Origin: Eledone cirrhosa
Lineage: Eukaryota
NCBI GenBank assembly: GCA_964016885.1
Contig: OZ024754.1
Coordinates: 2,604,001 to 2,668,000 of the forward strand
DNA length: 64,000 bases
Direction of reading: 5' to 3'
Program-made: the position numbers and the translations under genes
Shown: in pieces, positions 14,169-27,771 of the stretch
Numbering within the stretch: the stretch's first letter is position 1
Layout of the letters: each line of letters opens with the position of its first letter
Notes under the pieces: model-generated
What the model saw: only the letters and a program-made list of their open reading frames with translations
What the model was told of the DNA's origin: nothing
Database searches by the model: none

Positions 14169-14523
14169 TTGTTTCCACTTTTGGCACAAGGCCAGCAATT
14201 ACCCAGTACATTACTGGTACTTTATTTTATCGACCCCGTAAGGATGAAAGGCAAAGTTAACCTCGGTGGGATTTGAACTCAAATAGTAATTGGACGTAAC
14301 TACGCTGGAAAGCATGGCGTCCGACCCTCTACCGATACTGCCAATCCACCGCCCTAGCATGGCGTCCGACCCTCTACCGATACTGCCAATCCACTGCCCT
14401 AGCATGGCGTCCGACCCTCTACCGATACTGCCAATCCACCGCCCTAGCATGGCGTCCGACCCTCTACCGATACTGCCAATCCACCGCCCTAGCATGGCGT
14501 CCGACCCTCTACCGATACTGCCA
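14169..14523 (-). mobile_element. SINE family 1 with tandemly amplified 5' head
   Basis: Core and B box (minus strand gagttcaaatccc); 45-bp head unit x4.7; 13-bp target-site duplication ggcatatatataa at 14156-14168 and 14524-14536. Confidence 0.9.
14311..14523. repeat. 45-bp tandem repeat, 4.7 copies
   Basis: agcatggcgtccgaccctctaccgatactgccaatccaccgccct starting at 14311, 14356, 14401, 14446 and 14491. Confidence 0.97.
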
Positions 14524-14716
14524 GGCATATATATAAAAACATATTTTTATCAGAGATCAGAAATCTATGGCGAAGTCGACTTAGTATCAGGTGAACACTT
14601 TCACCTAGCTTTCAAATCTCACTGAAGTCAACTTTTACTTACATCATTTTCTTTATATTAATATATATACACAAACACATGCAAACACACACAAACACAC
14701 ACACACACACACACAC

Positions 14717-14773
<57 letters not shown>

Positions 14774-14779
14774 TATATA

Positions 14780-14896
14780 GGTATAAAGATTTTACGTAGA
14801 TTAGAGAGCAGACATAATTCACGAAAAAACACAGGCGTTTGATTGGTGAAACGTTCCTCTGAGAATCGAAAAAATAGCTCTTACATATATATATAC

Positions 14897-14956
<60 letters not shown>

Positions 14957-15075
14957 GTATATAAATAGATGTATATACATTATTTCCGTTTCTCATAGGA
15001 ACGTTTCACAAATCAAACGTATATTTTCTTTTTCATGATTTAAGTCTACTTCTTAATCTACGTAAAATCTTGATA
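14780..15075. mobile_element. Diverged inverted-repeat pair around a (TA)n array (MITE-like)
   Basis: About 14780-14878 aligns with mismatches to the reverse complement of about 14980-15075 (aagattttacgtagatta; cgtttgatt.gtgaaacgttcct.tgagaa). Confidence 0.75.
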
Positions 15076-15078
15076 CAC

Positions 15079-15122
<44 letters not shown>

Positions 15123-15158
15123 TTAGTGGGGGTGTACGTATAAATAAATAAATAAATA

Positions 15159-15229
<71 letters not shown>

Positions 15230-16826
15230 AGACATTGATAAATAAGGAATACACACGTGTACACTCTTTCTATTTACATATGTATGTATGCACATGTTTA
15301 TTCGGGTCTTTGCACCAGTTTACTATTTTGCAGTACAGACAAACGAAGACCAATGTTTTAATTGAAATTCAATCCCTCGTATTTTTATTCTTGTACCACC
15401 ACAAACAGCTTATTATTGTTCTAATCTCGCCAACATCAACAATCCTTTAAAGAAATTTAGTCTGCTTTTTCCAAGAATATCAGTGAATATTTTCACTTTC
15501 TCCCGTTATGACCAACGTCTGTTTCCTAATTTTCTCGTCTGTTTTAGTTGTTTCCTTCAAACCTCACACACTATATAACTATATGTTTATATGTACAAGA
15601 ATCGTGTATTACTCGTGTAATTCATTGGTTTCCATTCTCATACGAAGTCTTGTTTTGCTAGCTTCGTTTTTTCTCAAAATAAAAACAAACGTATATCTCT
15701 TTCATCTCTCTCCTTATCTACCCTTATTCCAAAGATTTTCGTAACTAATTATCCAGCACATTTTCAGTTTTCCGTGTTATTTCTTTCTTTCCTTTTTATT
15801 CTCTTTATTATTCTTTTTTTTTTTTGTTATATTTGCTGTGTGTTTCCTTAAAGCTCTTCGTTGCATGTGTGGCCTCATAGCAAACTCTTTACCCCAAAAA
15901 ACATTCTCATTTCTTATTCCCTTTCAGCATGTGTTACGCATATATAAGTGCCAATATTTAGCAGAGAAAGACTCTACTGAATTGATCCCACATGCAGAAG
16001 AGGTCCAAATTCAACTCCAGCCCTCAAAGACGCTTATTGGATAATATATAGTCGATTATAGCAAGCCTATAATTGTTGTAGTTTTCCTCGTCGACAACGA
16101 ATCATTGTTCGAAAACAATTTTAAAGATACAACAGATTACAAGATGCTGTGAGACAAAATATCTTCATTAAAATACACTAATTAATTGTGAGTCATTTAT
16201 CAATGACGATATAGTTTTCATAGCTGATGATGTTTCATATTAAATCAATTTATAATTCAAGCTATCAGTTCTAGATCAAGTTTTAAGTTGAACGTCTATT
16301 CGTTTGAACTTAGAAATATTCTAATATGTTGGTCTAATGACTCCCTGTCTATACGATGTTTAAATGTTGTTTTGGAAATCAAGATAGAGGGAGGGGTGGG
16401 ACAACAGAAAACTAATTCAAGGAAGGCATAGCAGTCGGGTCATTTACTGTTATTTACTGTTGAGGAAATATCTTTTGGAGATGTATTATAGATGAAGAAA
16501 TGAGGGATCTAAAGAAGGTTAAATAAATTAGGGTGGATATATTTCCTTTTCAGAAACATCAGGAATCTATATTCTTACATAGGTATATACTCTTCTTCGA
16601 ATAGGAAGACTGGATCTTTGAATAATAACAAACATAGCTGAGATCCATCTTAGCATTTGGGATATGGTTTCAAGGTGTACTGTGTGTGGGGGGGGGGGGC
16701 GTGTATTAATCTCTCGATTCTACCATATATAGGTCCAGTGGAAAGATGTGAGAAAGCACAAAGAGTTAAAATGTGTGCCCAGACAAACATATATACATAC
16801 ACACATACACATATATATATATATAG

Positions 16827-16898
<72 letters not shown>

Positions 16899-16949
16899 AC
16901 ATATATATATATATGTATGTATGTATATATATATATATATATATATATG

Positions 16950-17165
16950 TCAGGTCACCAGTTGGTGCTACTGGTAACATGTATCCCAGTACAACCTGTT
17001 CCATGGTCGGGTCGTTGGCGACTAAACTGGCAACCCCACCAAGGTTTCTTGGTGAGGAGGGTGACTTTGGACATCCTGCGGGACTAAAAACAAAACCTGT
17101 CAAAGGGCAAAAGAGCTCTAAAGAGTCAATGGCCATCCAAAATCACCGGGAGAGATGACCCCTTA
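16950..17165 (+). mobile_element. Probable 5' UTR-like fragment of an RTE-clade element
   Basis: GC-richer block (gcgactaaactggcaaccccacc...ggtgaggaggg...aaaacctgtcaaagggc) resembling RTE 5' regions; recalled similarity only. Confidence 0.35.
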
Positions 17166-17394
17166 GCCTTTGTCAAGGCAGAATTCTAGGAGAAGGAAAA
17201 CTCTGATATAACACCTGCAACTCTGATGGTATCCAATGATGTTGACTTGTTCTTCTTTTTGGTAAATATCATCTTGGTTAAGAGAGTGGGACTGGCTTTG
17301 TGCAGTGCCTTTGCTCACTATAAAAGCTTCACGGCACAGGCATTGCTTTGTATCTGGAGATCTCTCTGCACTTGTCGTCACATGGTACCAAGGG

Positions 17395-17740
<346 letters not shown>

Positions 17741-18059
17741 TCACTCAGCCTCTCGTGCCAAACATCTGGTAAAATTATTGCCAGTACAGACATGGAAATA
17801 GGAGATATTTCCAGAATATTACCACCAATGTTTGTTAAATGCTGTCTGGGGAACCAACAGTAACATAACATTAAACTTAGACAGATTATAAAACGATTAG
17901 ACATGTAGCACATTATATAGATTACAATGTACAGATTGTTACAGTAAGATACATAATGATGGAATAGTACAATATAGAAGTTGTAAGGTGTCTTTTGATC
18001 TTGCTCTGTGATGTTATACCATTTTCAGAAAATTATTTGCTCTTCATTTTCAGAAAATG

Positions 18060-18215
18060 GAGATACATTAGCTCCTAGCTAATTTTGAGACCACAGCTCC
18101 GTTACTATGGACATGGGGTTAGAATGTCTCAGGAAAGAATCATTGGAGTGACTTTACAGGCAAAACCAACTAGGGGACCCAGTGGTAGACCCACAACAGT
18201 ATGGTTGGCTAACAA
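18060..18215 (+). mobile_element. RTE LINE C-terminal remnant
   Basis: QLRYYGHGVRMSQERI...GPSGRPTTVW matches the RTE LRW.GHV.RM...GRP...W motif. Confidence 0.75.
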
Positions 18216-18709
18216 GAAGGAGATATATTATAAAAATGTGATGTGTATATCTCTTTCAAGGGTATTTCTGATACAGGTGAAATAAAACATATTTGATTGC
18301 TACTCAGAATACAGGAAATACTTCACTTCAACTAACTTATGATGCTTAATATGTTGAAGTATGGCGTCATATTTGAATTCGTGCAATGACATTATTTTCT
18401 ATCTAAGTTAACATTCTGATTGGTAACTTGTTCAGAAAATATTGTAAAGAAAACATAACTACATTTGCGCAAACTTCATTCTTCTCCTCCGCACCAAATT
18501 ACCCAATAATCTTAACACCATGACAATGTATTTCTCAGATATTCTAAACAACTATAGGCCAAAGATACAACTAGGAATATAACCTTCATTCTTAAGCTCG
18601 TATAAGTTTGATGATTCCCATACAGAGAGGAAAGCACTAGAAAGAGGAAAGTGTTGAACATTCAAATTCACACAGACATTTATATATATATATACAAATA
18701 TATATATAT

Positions 18710-18786
<77 letters not shown>

Positions 18787-18891
18787 TATATGTACAAATT
18801 TTTAACTAAAACTGGTCAGAATTAGTTTATGGTTAGAGTTAAGACGAATATATCTATGCATGAGTATATGTATATATTCATGTGTGTGTAA

Positions 18892-18927
<36 letters not shown>

Positions 18928-19530
18928 GCATATTTGCTTATATATATATGTATGTATATATTCATGTATGTTTGAGTGAATGTGTGTGTGTGCGTGTGCG
19001 TGTTTGCTTCTATATATATGTATATATATATTCATGTATGTGTGTGTGAATGTGAGTGTGTGTGTGAATGTGAGTGTGTGTGTGCATGTTTGCTTCTATA
19101 TATATATGTATGTATATATTCATGTGTGTGTGTGTGTGCGTGCGCGCGCGTGCATGTTTGGTTCTATATATATGTATGTATATATTTACCAGATTTAAAG
19201 TTTAAATTGCAGCTGTGGTTTATCAGGGTCTGTGAGAGTTCCCATTCAACACATTCTTTCTAGAACCTACTCTACTCTCTTTAAACTTACAAAGCCACAC
19301 CTGTAAAAACAGCAGCAGCTGTCGTCATCTTCATACTTGGCAATCCCACCGAAGCCCTCATTTGTTTTTGTTTTACATGGTACTTCTTCTATTGATGGTG
19401 TTCAAGTAGGTTAGACGTTCTACTTAATATCTTCTCTCGTCCTTTCATTCTGTTTTTAATTTCACGTTCTATTTTCTTATATATTTTAAACTTTACATAG
19501 TTATCTTCCACACATACCTATATATATATA

Positions 19531-19725
19531 ACGAAGGAAATGTGGTAAGGAACCAGGTGGACCATAACGCACCAAAGTACTCAATACTTAGGGTAGTAGA
19601 GTGGGTAATAGGAACGAGTAGGACCCCGACGGCTGAGCTCAAACCGTTGCGACGGCTAATTCTGGACTGGGTCCAGAATTAGCCGTCGAAACGGCTTGAG
19701 CTCAGCCGTCGGGGTCCTACTCGTT

Positions 19726-19730
<5 letters not shown>
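19531..19730 (-). mobile_element. Family A fold-back element
   Basis: Tail acgaaggaaatgtggtaagg..., palindrome about 19608-19730 centred on ctggac-tgg-gtccag. Confidence 0.92.
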
Positions 19731-19763
<33 letters not shown>

Positions 19764-19922
19764 TTTATCCCGGGTTCAATAGGGGGTAACCACAGTAACC
19801 AAGGTACTCAATACAAAGCAGAGTATAAATATTTAATATATTGAAAGGCTTCTACAGGAATAGAGCGTGATGATTTCTACCGAATGAAACAGTTCCAGTC
19901 CTGTAGAAGCTTTTCTATATTA
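19764..19922 (-). mobile_element. Family B fold-back element, left arm deleted
   Basis: Family B tail, then gtgatgatttctaccgaatgaaacagttccagtcctgtagaagc. Confidence 0.85.
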
Positions 19923-19932
19923 TATATATATA

Positions 19933-20050
19933 TCTATTAAGACCAAACACCCCCTCTTTATATCTACTGCACGAACTCTCTTCCAATCCCCCTCTCTATA
20001 TTAATTAACACCAAACTCTCCTTCTCTCTATATCTAATACACGGAACTCT
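19933..20050 (-). repeat. About 71-bp minisatellite, about 1.6 copies
   Basis: Reverse complement of the unit at 50165-50385. Confidence 0.75.
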
Positions 20051-20057
20051 TGAAAAT

Positions 20058-20372
20058 TTTGAAATTAGGTTTATAAGTATGAATTTTCATAAGATTTTCG
20101 TAGTTGTTTCTGTGGCCTAGTGGTAAGTATTAGAGACGGTGGAGATCCTGGTCTTGGGTTCAATCCTGGTCGAGAGGTACATGCAACCTTTTTTTTTTCA
20201 GTTTTTATTTTACAACCAATAGAAAAAAACTGAAAAGATTTATCGGGAACCCTACTTCCGACCAGGATCGAACTTCAGACCAGGATCACCACCGACTACG
20301 ATTCTTCCAACTAGTACACCGAGACAACTACAAGAGTACAACGAAAATTGCTAATTATAAACCTACTTTGAA
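20058..20372. other. Inverted pair of tRNA-like Pol III cassettes
   Basis: Plus arm: tggcctagtgg (20113-20123), ggttcaatcc (20157-20166), T-run 20189-20198. Minus arm: tgtactagttgg, agttcgatcc (20265-20274), T-run at about 20223-20229. The arms are diverged reverse complements. Confidence 0.7.
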
Positions 20373-20993
20373 AATCAAAGTTAAAAAATGTGGTGACGTT
20401 CATGGCTTTCCTAGAGCTATTAGTAATAATTAGGCTCCATTTGTCAATCTTCTGGCCCTTTGGTAACAACCTTATTATTCCTATGTGTGTTTAACTGTTG
20501 AATTAATTTAATGTGTTTATTTTAGCAAACAAATAATATATGTATATACCTAACAGCTTTCGTAACTGTAGTCAAAGTTAAAAAGATGTGGGGTGGTTCA
20601 TGATTATCCTAGGACTATTAGGGGCGACTTCCTGTCATTATTGAAAGTCTCTGGATTTCGCAAAATACATAATATTTTTTATTGGAGAAAGAAAGATATT
20701 TTTCCGCAAAAAATTTCGTTGCACTGTTTTGTTTCCACTTATGTATTTTTCGAACATGTTTTTTATTCCTTATAAAAATTAGGTCGGCCCCCTTCGTCTC
20801 CTGGCAACCAATATTTTTAGACCCAGTCCGCCAAAGAAGAAGATATATATACATTTATCCGTGTGAAATTAAAGTTTAATCTTCAACCTTCGTAATTTTT
20901 TTTTCGTTATATTCCGCCCAATCTTCCTATATGACACTCTCTCAATTCTATTCCTTTCTTCTTATTCATACCACTCAATCTTTCATTCTTTCC

Positions 20994-21091
<98 letters not shown>

Positions 21092-21288
21092 AGTTCCTTT
21101 GGTCTATGTTAATCCACTATTTTTTCTTCATTCCAATTTCTTCTCAATCTATCATTACAATGTTTAGGTTTTGTACATGTGTTGTTTTAACAGCAATTGT
21201 TTTTGCAACTGGCAACAGTAATCTTTATTATTTTCCTACATGTTATTCTGTTTTTCATTTTATTTTAAACTCTATTATTTCCATGTTG

Positions 21289-21396
<108 letters not shown>

Positions 21397-21468
21397 CAAA
21401 ATGGAAATATATAACTAAATATATATATATATAAATATGTACGAACGTACGAACGTATGTATATATAA

Positions 21469-21583
<115 letters not shown>

Positions 21584-22167
21584 AACAATTTTCTTCCATT
21601 CTTAAACCGCATAAGTGTAATTTTCTCTTACAATTTCTTCAGTGCTATTCTCAATTTTTTTCCTTGCTGTCGTCTGCCTACAAATATCGTCTGCCAATTT
21701 ATACTGTCCTAACAAACGTCAAAACAACTTATGCAATGTTATATTACATTTACCTCAGAGTATGTGTATATCTAAGTACGTGTAAAGAAAAGCTTTTTCA
21801 ATAATCACTTATAATTTCTGATAATTGTTTATCTTTCTCGTATGTAACTGTTGTAGTTCTTAAAAAAAAAAATGTTTTACATGCTTCTGTTGATGAAGAT
21901 CTTAGAGTATAATGATTTGTTTTTCTTGGTAGTATTATTGTTGATGTTGTTGATACAGCGTTCTGTTTGTTCAGCACAACCGACAACTCCATCAACAACT
22001 TTGCCCAACACCAATAAGTCTGTCATTTTTGGGATTATATTAATACATGTCAGTATCAGACCGTTGGTACTTTTAGTTACACTTAACAGAACAGACATCT
22101 CTTCTTTTTTTTTTTTTTGGTTTTGTTTTGTTTTTTTGCTGACTGACACTTGAGAATTAATGGCTAA

Positions 22168-22207
<40 letters not shown>

Positions 22208-22216
<9 letters not shown>

Positions 22217-22315
22217 GACCTAGCATCATCATCATTTTACGTCCGCTTTTCCCTGCTTGCAGCGGTTGGACGGATCCTATTCAGCATCTCTCCACTTGTC
22301 ACGGTCCTTCGTATC
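22208..22315 (-). mobile_element. RTE LINE extreme 3' end
   Basis: Minus strand encodes TKDRDKWR, then ccgtccaaccgctgcaagcagggaaaagcggacgtaaaa and a (tga)n tail. Confidence 0.65.
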
Positions 22316-22341
22316 GAGTACTCTGGTGGTCTTTTTACACA

Positions 22342-22400
<59 letters not shown>

Positions 22401-22401
<1 letters not shown>

Positions 22402-22595
22402 CGAAGGAAATGTGGTAAGGAACCAGATGGACCATAACGCACCAAAGTACTCAATATTTAGGGTAGTAGAGTGGGTAATAGGAACGAGTAGGACCCCGAC
22501 GGCTGAGCTCAAGCCGTTTCAACGGCTAATTCTGGACCCAGAATTAGCCGTCGAAACGGCTTGAGCTCAGCCGTCGGGATCCTACTCGTTCCTAT
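22401..22595 (-). mobile_element. Family A fold-back element
   Basis: Same tail as 19531; palindrome centre ctgg-ac-ccag. Confidence 0.92.
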
Positions 22596-22616
22596 ATATA
22601 TATATATATATATATA

Positions 22617-22801
22617 ACGAAGGAATTGTGGTAAGGAACCAGCTGGACCATAACGCACCAGAGTACTCAATGCTTATGGTACTAGAGAGGGTAATATGAA
22701 AAAATATGACCCCGACGGCAGAACTCAAGCCGTTTCGACGGCTATTTCAGTCCAGAAATAGCCGTTGAAACGGCTTGAGCTCTGCCGTCGGGGTCATACT
22801 T

Positions 22802-22808
<7 letters not shown>
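22617..22808 (-). mobile_element. Family A fold-back element (second subtype)
   Basis: Arm ends aaaaatatgacccc / ggggtcatacttttt, as in the 12675 copy. Confidence 0.92.
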
Positions 22809-22837
<29 letters not shown>

Positions 22838-23019
22838 CAACATTTAGTAAGATTAATATTATTGTTGTCTATTTATACATCTAGGAACCTTTCAATGTAA
22901 CCAGAACAATTCACCAATGGGAGAAAAACCGAAAATTATCAGTTAAGTAACTCCACTTAACTTATCTTACCAATGAAAATATATGAGGTTTAGCACACTA
23001 TATATATATATAGTATAAC

Positions 23020-23152
<133 letters not shown>

Positions 23153-23156
23153 TAAC

Positions 23157-23219
<63 letters not shown>

Positions 23220-23734
23220 GCTAGAACGATATATAGGCAGAGAGATATTATCTATGAGACGATATAGTCCTCCTTGTTGATTTTCTTTTTGCGCTTACTG
23301 ACGAGATTTACAGCTGAATCAACAACTTGCAACATCAACTTTTTCAACTTGTGACCCAAATACGTCATATCTGTAAACCGGCATATTTAGTTCGGCACCA
23401 TGCTGCTATGTTTCATACATCTGTTCTTCCAGATCTTTCAATGATATTATCATGATAATCGGTATCTATAAATTGTACTAATGGTTCATATATATATTTT
23501 GTGAAAATCAGTCATATGGAACTATTGTCATCTTGCCTGACGGTTTGAACTTTACAACACCACCTGCCTCTTTGAGGTCAAATACCAATCCTACTAGCAT
23601 CTACAAACTGACCAATGAGAATTAAAACTATTCCTGCTGACAACATTAAATTATTCCTAACATGCTCATATGTCCCAAGGCTCTGATACTATCAACACCA
23701 TAAACACAGAGCTGGCATATCTAAGAACTCACTA

Positions 23735-23790
23735 ACTGCCTGATGAGGTCATAGCCATTCAATAGCTATCATCGAAATATATATAGCAGT
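23735..23790 (+). ncRNA. Type I hammerhead ribozyme motif
   Basis: actgc CTGATGA ggtcatagc-cattcaata-gctatcatc GAAA tatata TA gcagt; AUA triplet; 47 nt upstream of a (TA)n array. Confidence 0.85.
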
Positions 23791-23831
23791 AAATAGAGGA
23801 TTATGAGTTCATGCAATTGACTTATATTTCG

Positions 23832-23939
<108 letters not shown>

Positions 23940-24779
23940 ACTATATAAATACATACGTACCTAAATAGATTTATCACTTATATTGCGACACGTCAATTCC
24001 TGTTGATATGAAATCATTAATACTATTAAGATAAATAATCTTTTGAAACTGTTTCTTATCACATCTTGATTTAAGACAATTTATTTTAAAATCTCCTCCT
24101 TACCATTTCCATCACCTTTCCATAAGAAATCCGTTACTTTCTATATATTTCATGAAATCTTTCGAATGTAACATAGATAAATACTCTCTCAAGACACGCA
24201 CACGGATATTATACGTATTTTTGGGGGATCTTTCTCATTCTATCTTTTTTTTCAGTCTTACTTTAATTTCATATATATATATGTATATATATATATGTGC
24301 GTGTGTGTGTATACAAATATATACTTAGATATACATGCGTCTCTGTGTGTGTTTGTGTGTGTGCATAGTTTGTTTCTTATGTGTCCCAAAAACATATAGG
24401 CGCCCATTACATCTTCGTATTGTATGTTTGTAGACTCATGTGGTCATCCCATGAGAGTATCTTGGTAAGCCTATGAAAGTTCCAGTTTATAAACTTACCT
24501 GTCAGCCTATAAACTCATCAGCCAACCCCATAAGATAGCTAGAAGACGTGGAATGTTTAAAGAGATAAAGAGAATCGAGTGATAGTCAGTGTTTATGTAT
24601 TCGTGTTAAAACTTTTATTATTCACAGTTGTATAAATGTATAAATAACATTACAAATATTCACAAAGGTGGTTTAAAAACCAGTGCTGATTACATAAACG
24701 TGACGAAGAAAGATAAAAGCAAAATTAAGTAATGAGAAAATGGAGAAGTGGTAAAGAAGGGCAGATCTGGTTGTATGGG

Positions 24780-24925
24780 GAAGTAGAGGAAAGGACTTAT
24801 CCCGGAAATATGAAAGTCAAAATTAACCCTGCAGAAATGAAACTCAGAATGAAAAGGTCTGAAGAAAATTCTGAATTCTACAAGACATTTTGTCTATTAT
24901 TCTAGCAAATCTGCAGTCGGCCATC
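24780..24925 (-). mobile_element. Old SINE family 1 remnant
   Basis: atgaaagtcaaaattaaccctgcagaaatgaaactcagaa is a degenerate version of the core. Confidence 0.45.
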
Positions 24926-25630
24926 CAACATTTTTATAATTAGTAACCGATGATTAATTAATTAGACTATTTAAATTGTAAATATAGTTTCCTATCTTCA
25001 TTTTAAATAGACTCATTTTTATTTCAATAAATTAGTGTTCACAATTGTTACTTGTTCAATAATATTTATTTCATATTGAAATTTATGAATTTAAACAAAC
25101 ACTCTGCTTAAATTCAAAAATATTTCAACAGCTGCAGCGTGAAAAAATATTTGTATACTGCTCAGAATTCACGGCAAAGAAAATCATGCTGTAATTTAAA
25201 TTCGAATTTAATCGGGGAATTGAATTCAAATAGCCGTTTGCACATGTATGTATGAATATATATACGTGTATGTATGTATAACTCATAGAAAATGTACGCA
25301 CATACACACAAATATATATATATATATATATACATTCGTGATATATGTACATGCGTATATATATATATATATATATATATTCGTGATATATGTACATGCG
25401 TATATATATATGTGTGTATGGGTGTATGTGTGTGTGTATGAATGAGTGTGTATGAGGCATATTAAGCTTCATAGTATCAAGTATGATAAAATATTAATGA
25501 AATTACACATCATTACCAACTTCCACAATAACACCACCATTACCACCACCACCACTACCTCCACTACCACCACAAACACTACCACCCCCACCACAAGCCA
25601 CCACAAGCCACCACTACTGCTGTTGCTCCA

Positions 25631-25668
<38 letters not shown>

Positions 25669-25750
25669 ATGTCCTTCAGATACAGATTTGACAAAACATT
25701 CAGCAAGACAATGTAATGACACAAAAGGTGAGAAAGAAAAGTCTTGTTTA

Positions 25751-25841
<91 letters not shown>

Positions 25842-25877
25842 TGCACATACATATATATATATACGTATATATATATG

Positions 25878-25925
<48 letters not shown>

Positions 25926-26007
25926 CATACAAACAAATATATACATTACATACAGATACACATATATACATACACGTACATACGTATATGCATATATAAA
26001 TGCTTGA

Positions 26008-26057
<50 letters not shown>

Positions 26058-26099
26058 ATGTATATAAATGTTTATGTATGTATACATTTATGCATGTAC

Positions 26100-26186
<87 letters not shown>

Positions 26187-26462
26187 TTGCGTGGGGCGTG
26201 TATGTGTATACATGTACATATTCATAAATAAAAGAAAGGCCGAGAGAAAGAAAATTCTAAAGGATAAACGAATGAAAGAAATTTAATAAATCTCATTGTG
26301 GAAATGTTCAGGAACGTGAATAAACGAGATTTTATGTAAATTCAGAATTTAGTTATCATTATTTACCCGAATGTTTTCATGAGATAAGGAACGTGAATAT
26401 TTAATAACTTTCTATATACATCTACAAATACACAAATGTTTTTATATATATATATATATATG

Positions 26463-26598
<136 letters not shown>

Positions 26599-26713
26599 TA
26601 TATATCATATATATATATGTATGTATATATGTATGTATGTATTATATACATATATATATATATACATGCATACGTGCATATGTGCGTATACATACGTATA
26701 TATATATATATAC

Positions 26714-26777
<64 letters not shown>

Positions 26778-26778
26778 G

Positions 26779-26930
<152 letters not shown>

Positions 26931-27207
26931 TTTATATATGTACATATATATATATATACTGAATATTGCGTCATAGGAAACAAAATAATTCAGAAATTCG
27001 CTTTAATATCAAAGTGATATAGTATTTATGTAGAAATCAAAGAAAAATATCTAGATAAAATAGATAGTATGAATAAAAATACTGATGATTGAAACAAAAG
27101 CTGAGACTATCAACAAACAACGTTGAAAGTAGAAGACATCAAAAAACATTTTTCCGAATGAAAATTAGATCAATTTAATAAATAATTAATACCCGATTTT
27201 AATTAAT

Positions 27208-27432
27208 GGTTTCTAATTTACGCACAAGGCCAGCAATATTTGTGAAAGTGAAAAGTCAATTTAATCTACCCGTACAGTACTTCACTGATCCAGTATTTTA
27301 TTGATACCTTATTTTATCGATCCCAGCGTGATGAAAGGCTAAGTTCACATCGGCAGTGTTTGATCTGGGGAAGTAAAGAACCAGATCAAATACTACTAAA
27401 GTATTTATATGACCGACTAACGATTCTGTCTA
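27208..27432 (-). mobile_element. SINE family 1, diverged copy
   Basis: gcacaaggccagcaat...ttttatcgatccc...gatgaaaggctaagtt. Confidence 0.75.
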
Positions 27433-27452
27433 GCCATATGTTTCTAATTAAT

Positions 27453-27771
27453 TGTTTCTACGTTAGGCACAAGGCCAGCAAATTACCAGTACATTACTGG
27501 TACTTTATTTTATCGACCTCGTAAGGATGAATGGCAAAGTTAACCGCGGCAGGATTTGAACTCAGGCACAAGGCCAGCAATCTGAAGAGGGGAGGGATAG
27601 TCGATCAAATCGACCCCAGTTCGTTACTGGTACTTTATTTTATCGACCCCGTAAGGATGAAAGGCAAAGTTAACCTCGGCGGGATTTGAACTCAGAATTG
27701 CAAGGGCCGTAACTCTATGCTGCAAAGCATGGTGTCCGACACTCTACCGATTCTGCCATTCCACTACCCTT
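27453..27771 (-). mobile_element. SINE family 1 dimer (complete head copy plus headless copy)
   Basis: A box tggcagaatcgg and B box gagttcaaatccc on the minus strand; 17-bp duplication atatgtttctaattaat at 27436-27452 and 27772-27788. Confidence 0.9.

Noticed and set aside
14311-14523. CRISPR-like regular repeats (also 47073-47852 and 58148-58570)
   Set aside because: Units are contiguous with no unique spacers, there are no cas genes, and the context is eukaryotic.
15940-16330. Possible GIY-YIG remnant followed by ctgatga at 16224
   Set aside because: Protein similarity is too faint and no matching GAAA or stems could be assigned.
20105-20175. Functional tRNA gene
   Set aside because: Boxes are present but I could not build a convincing cloverleaf; recorded only as tRNA-like.
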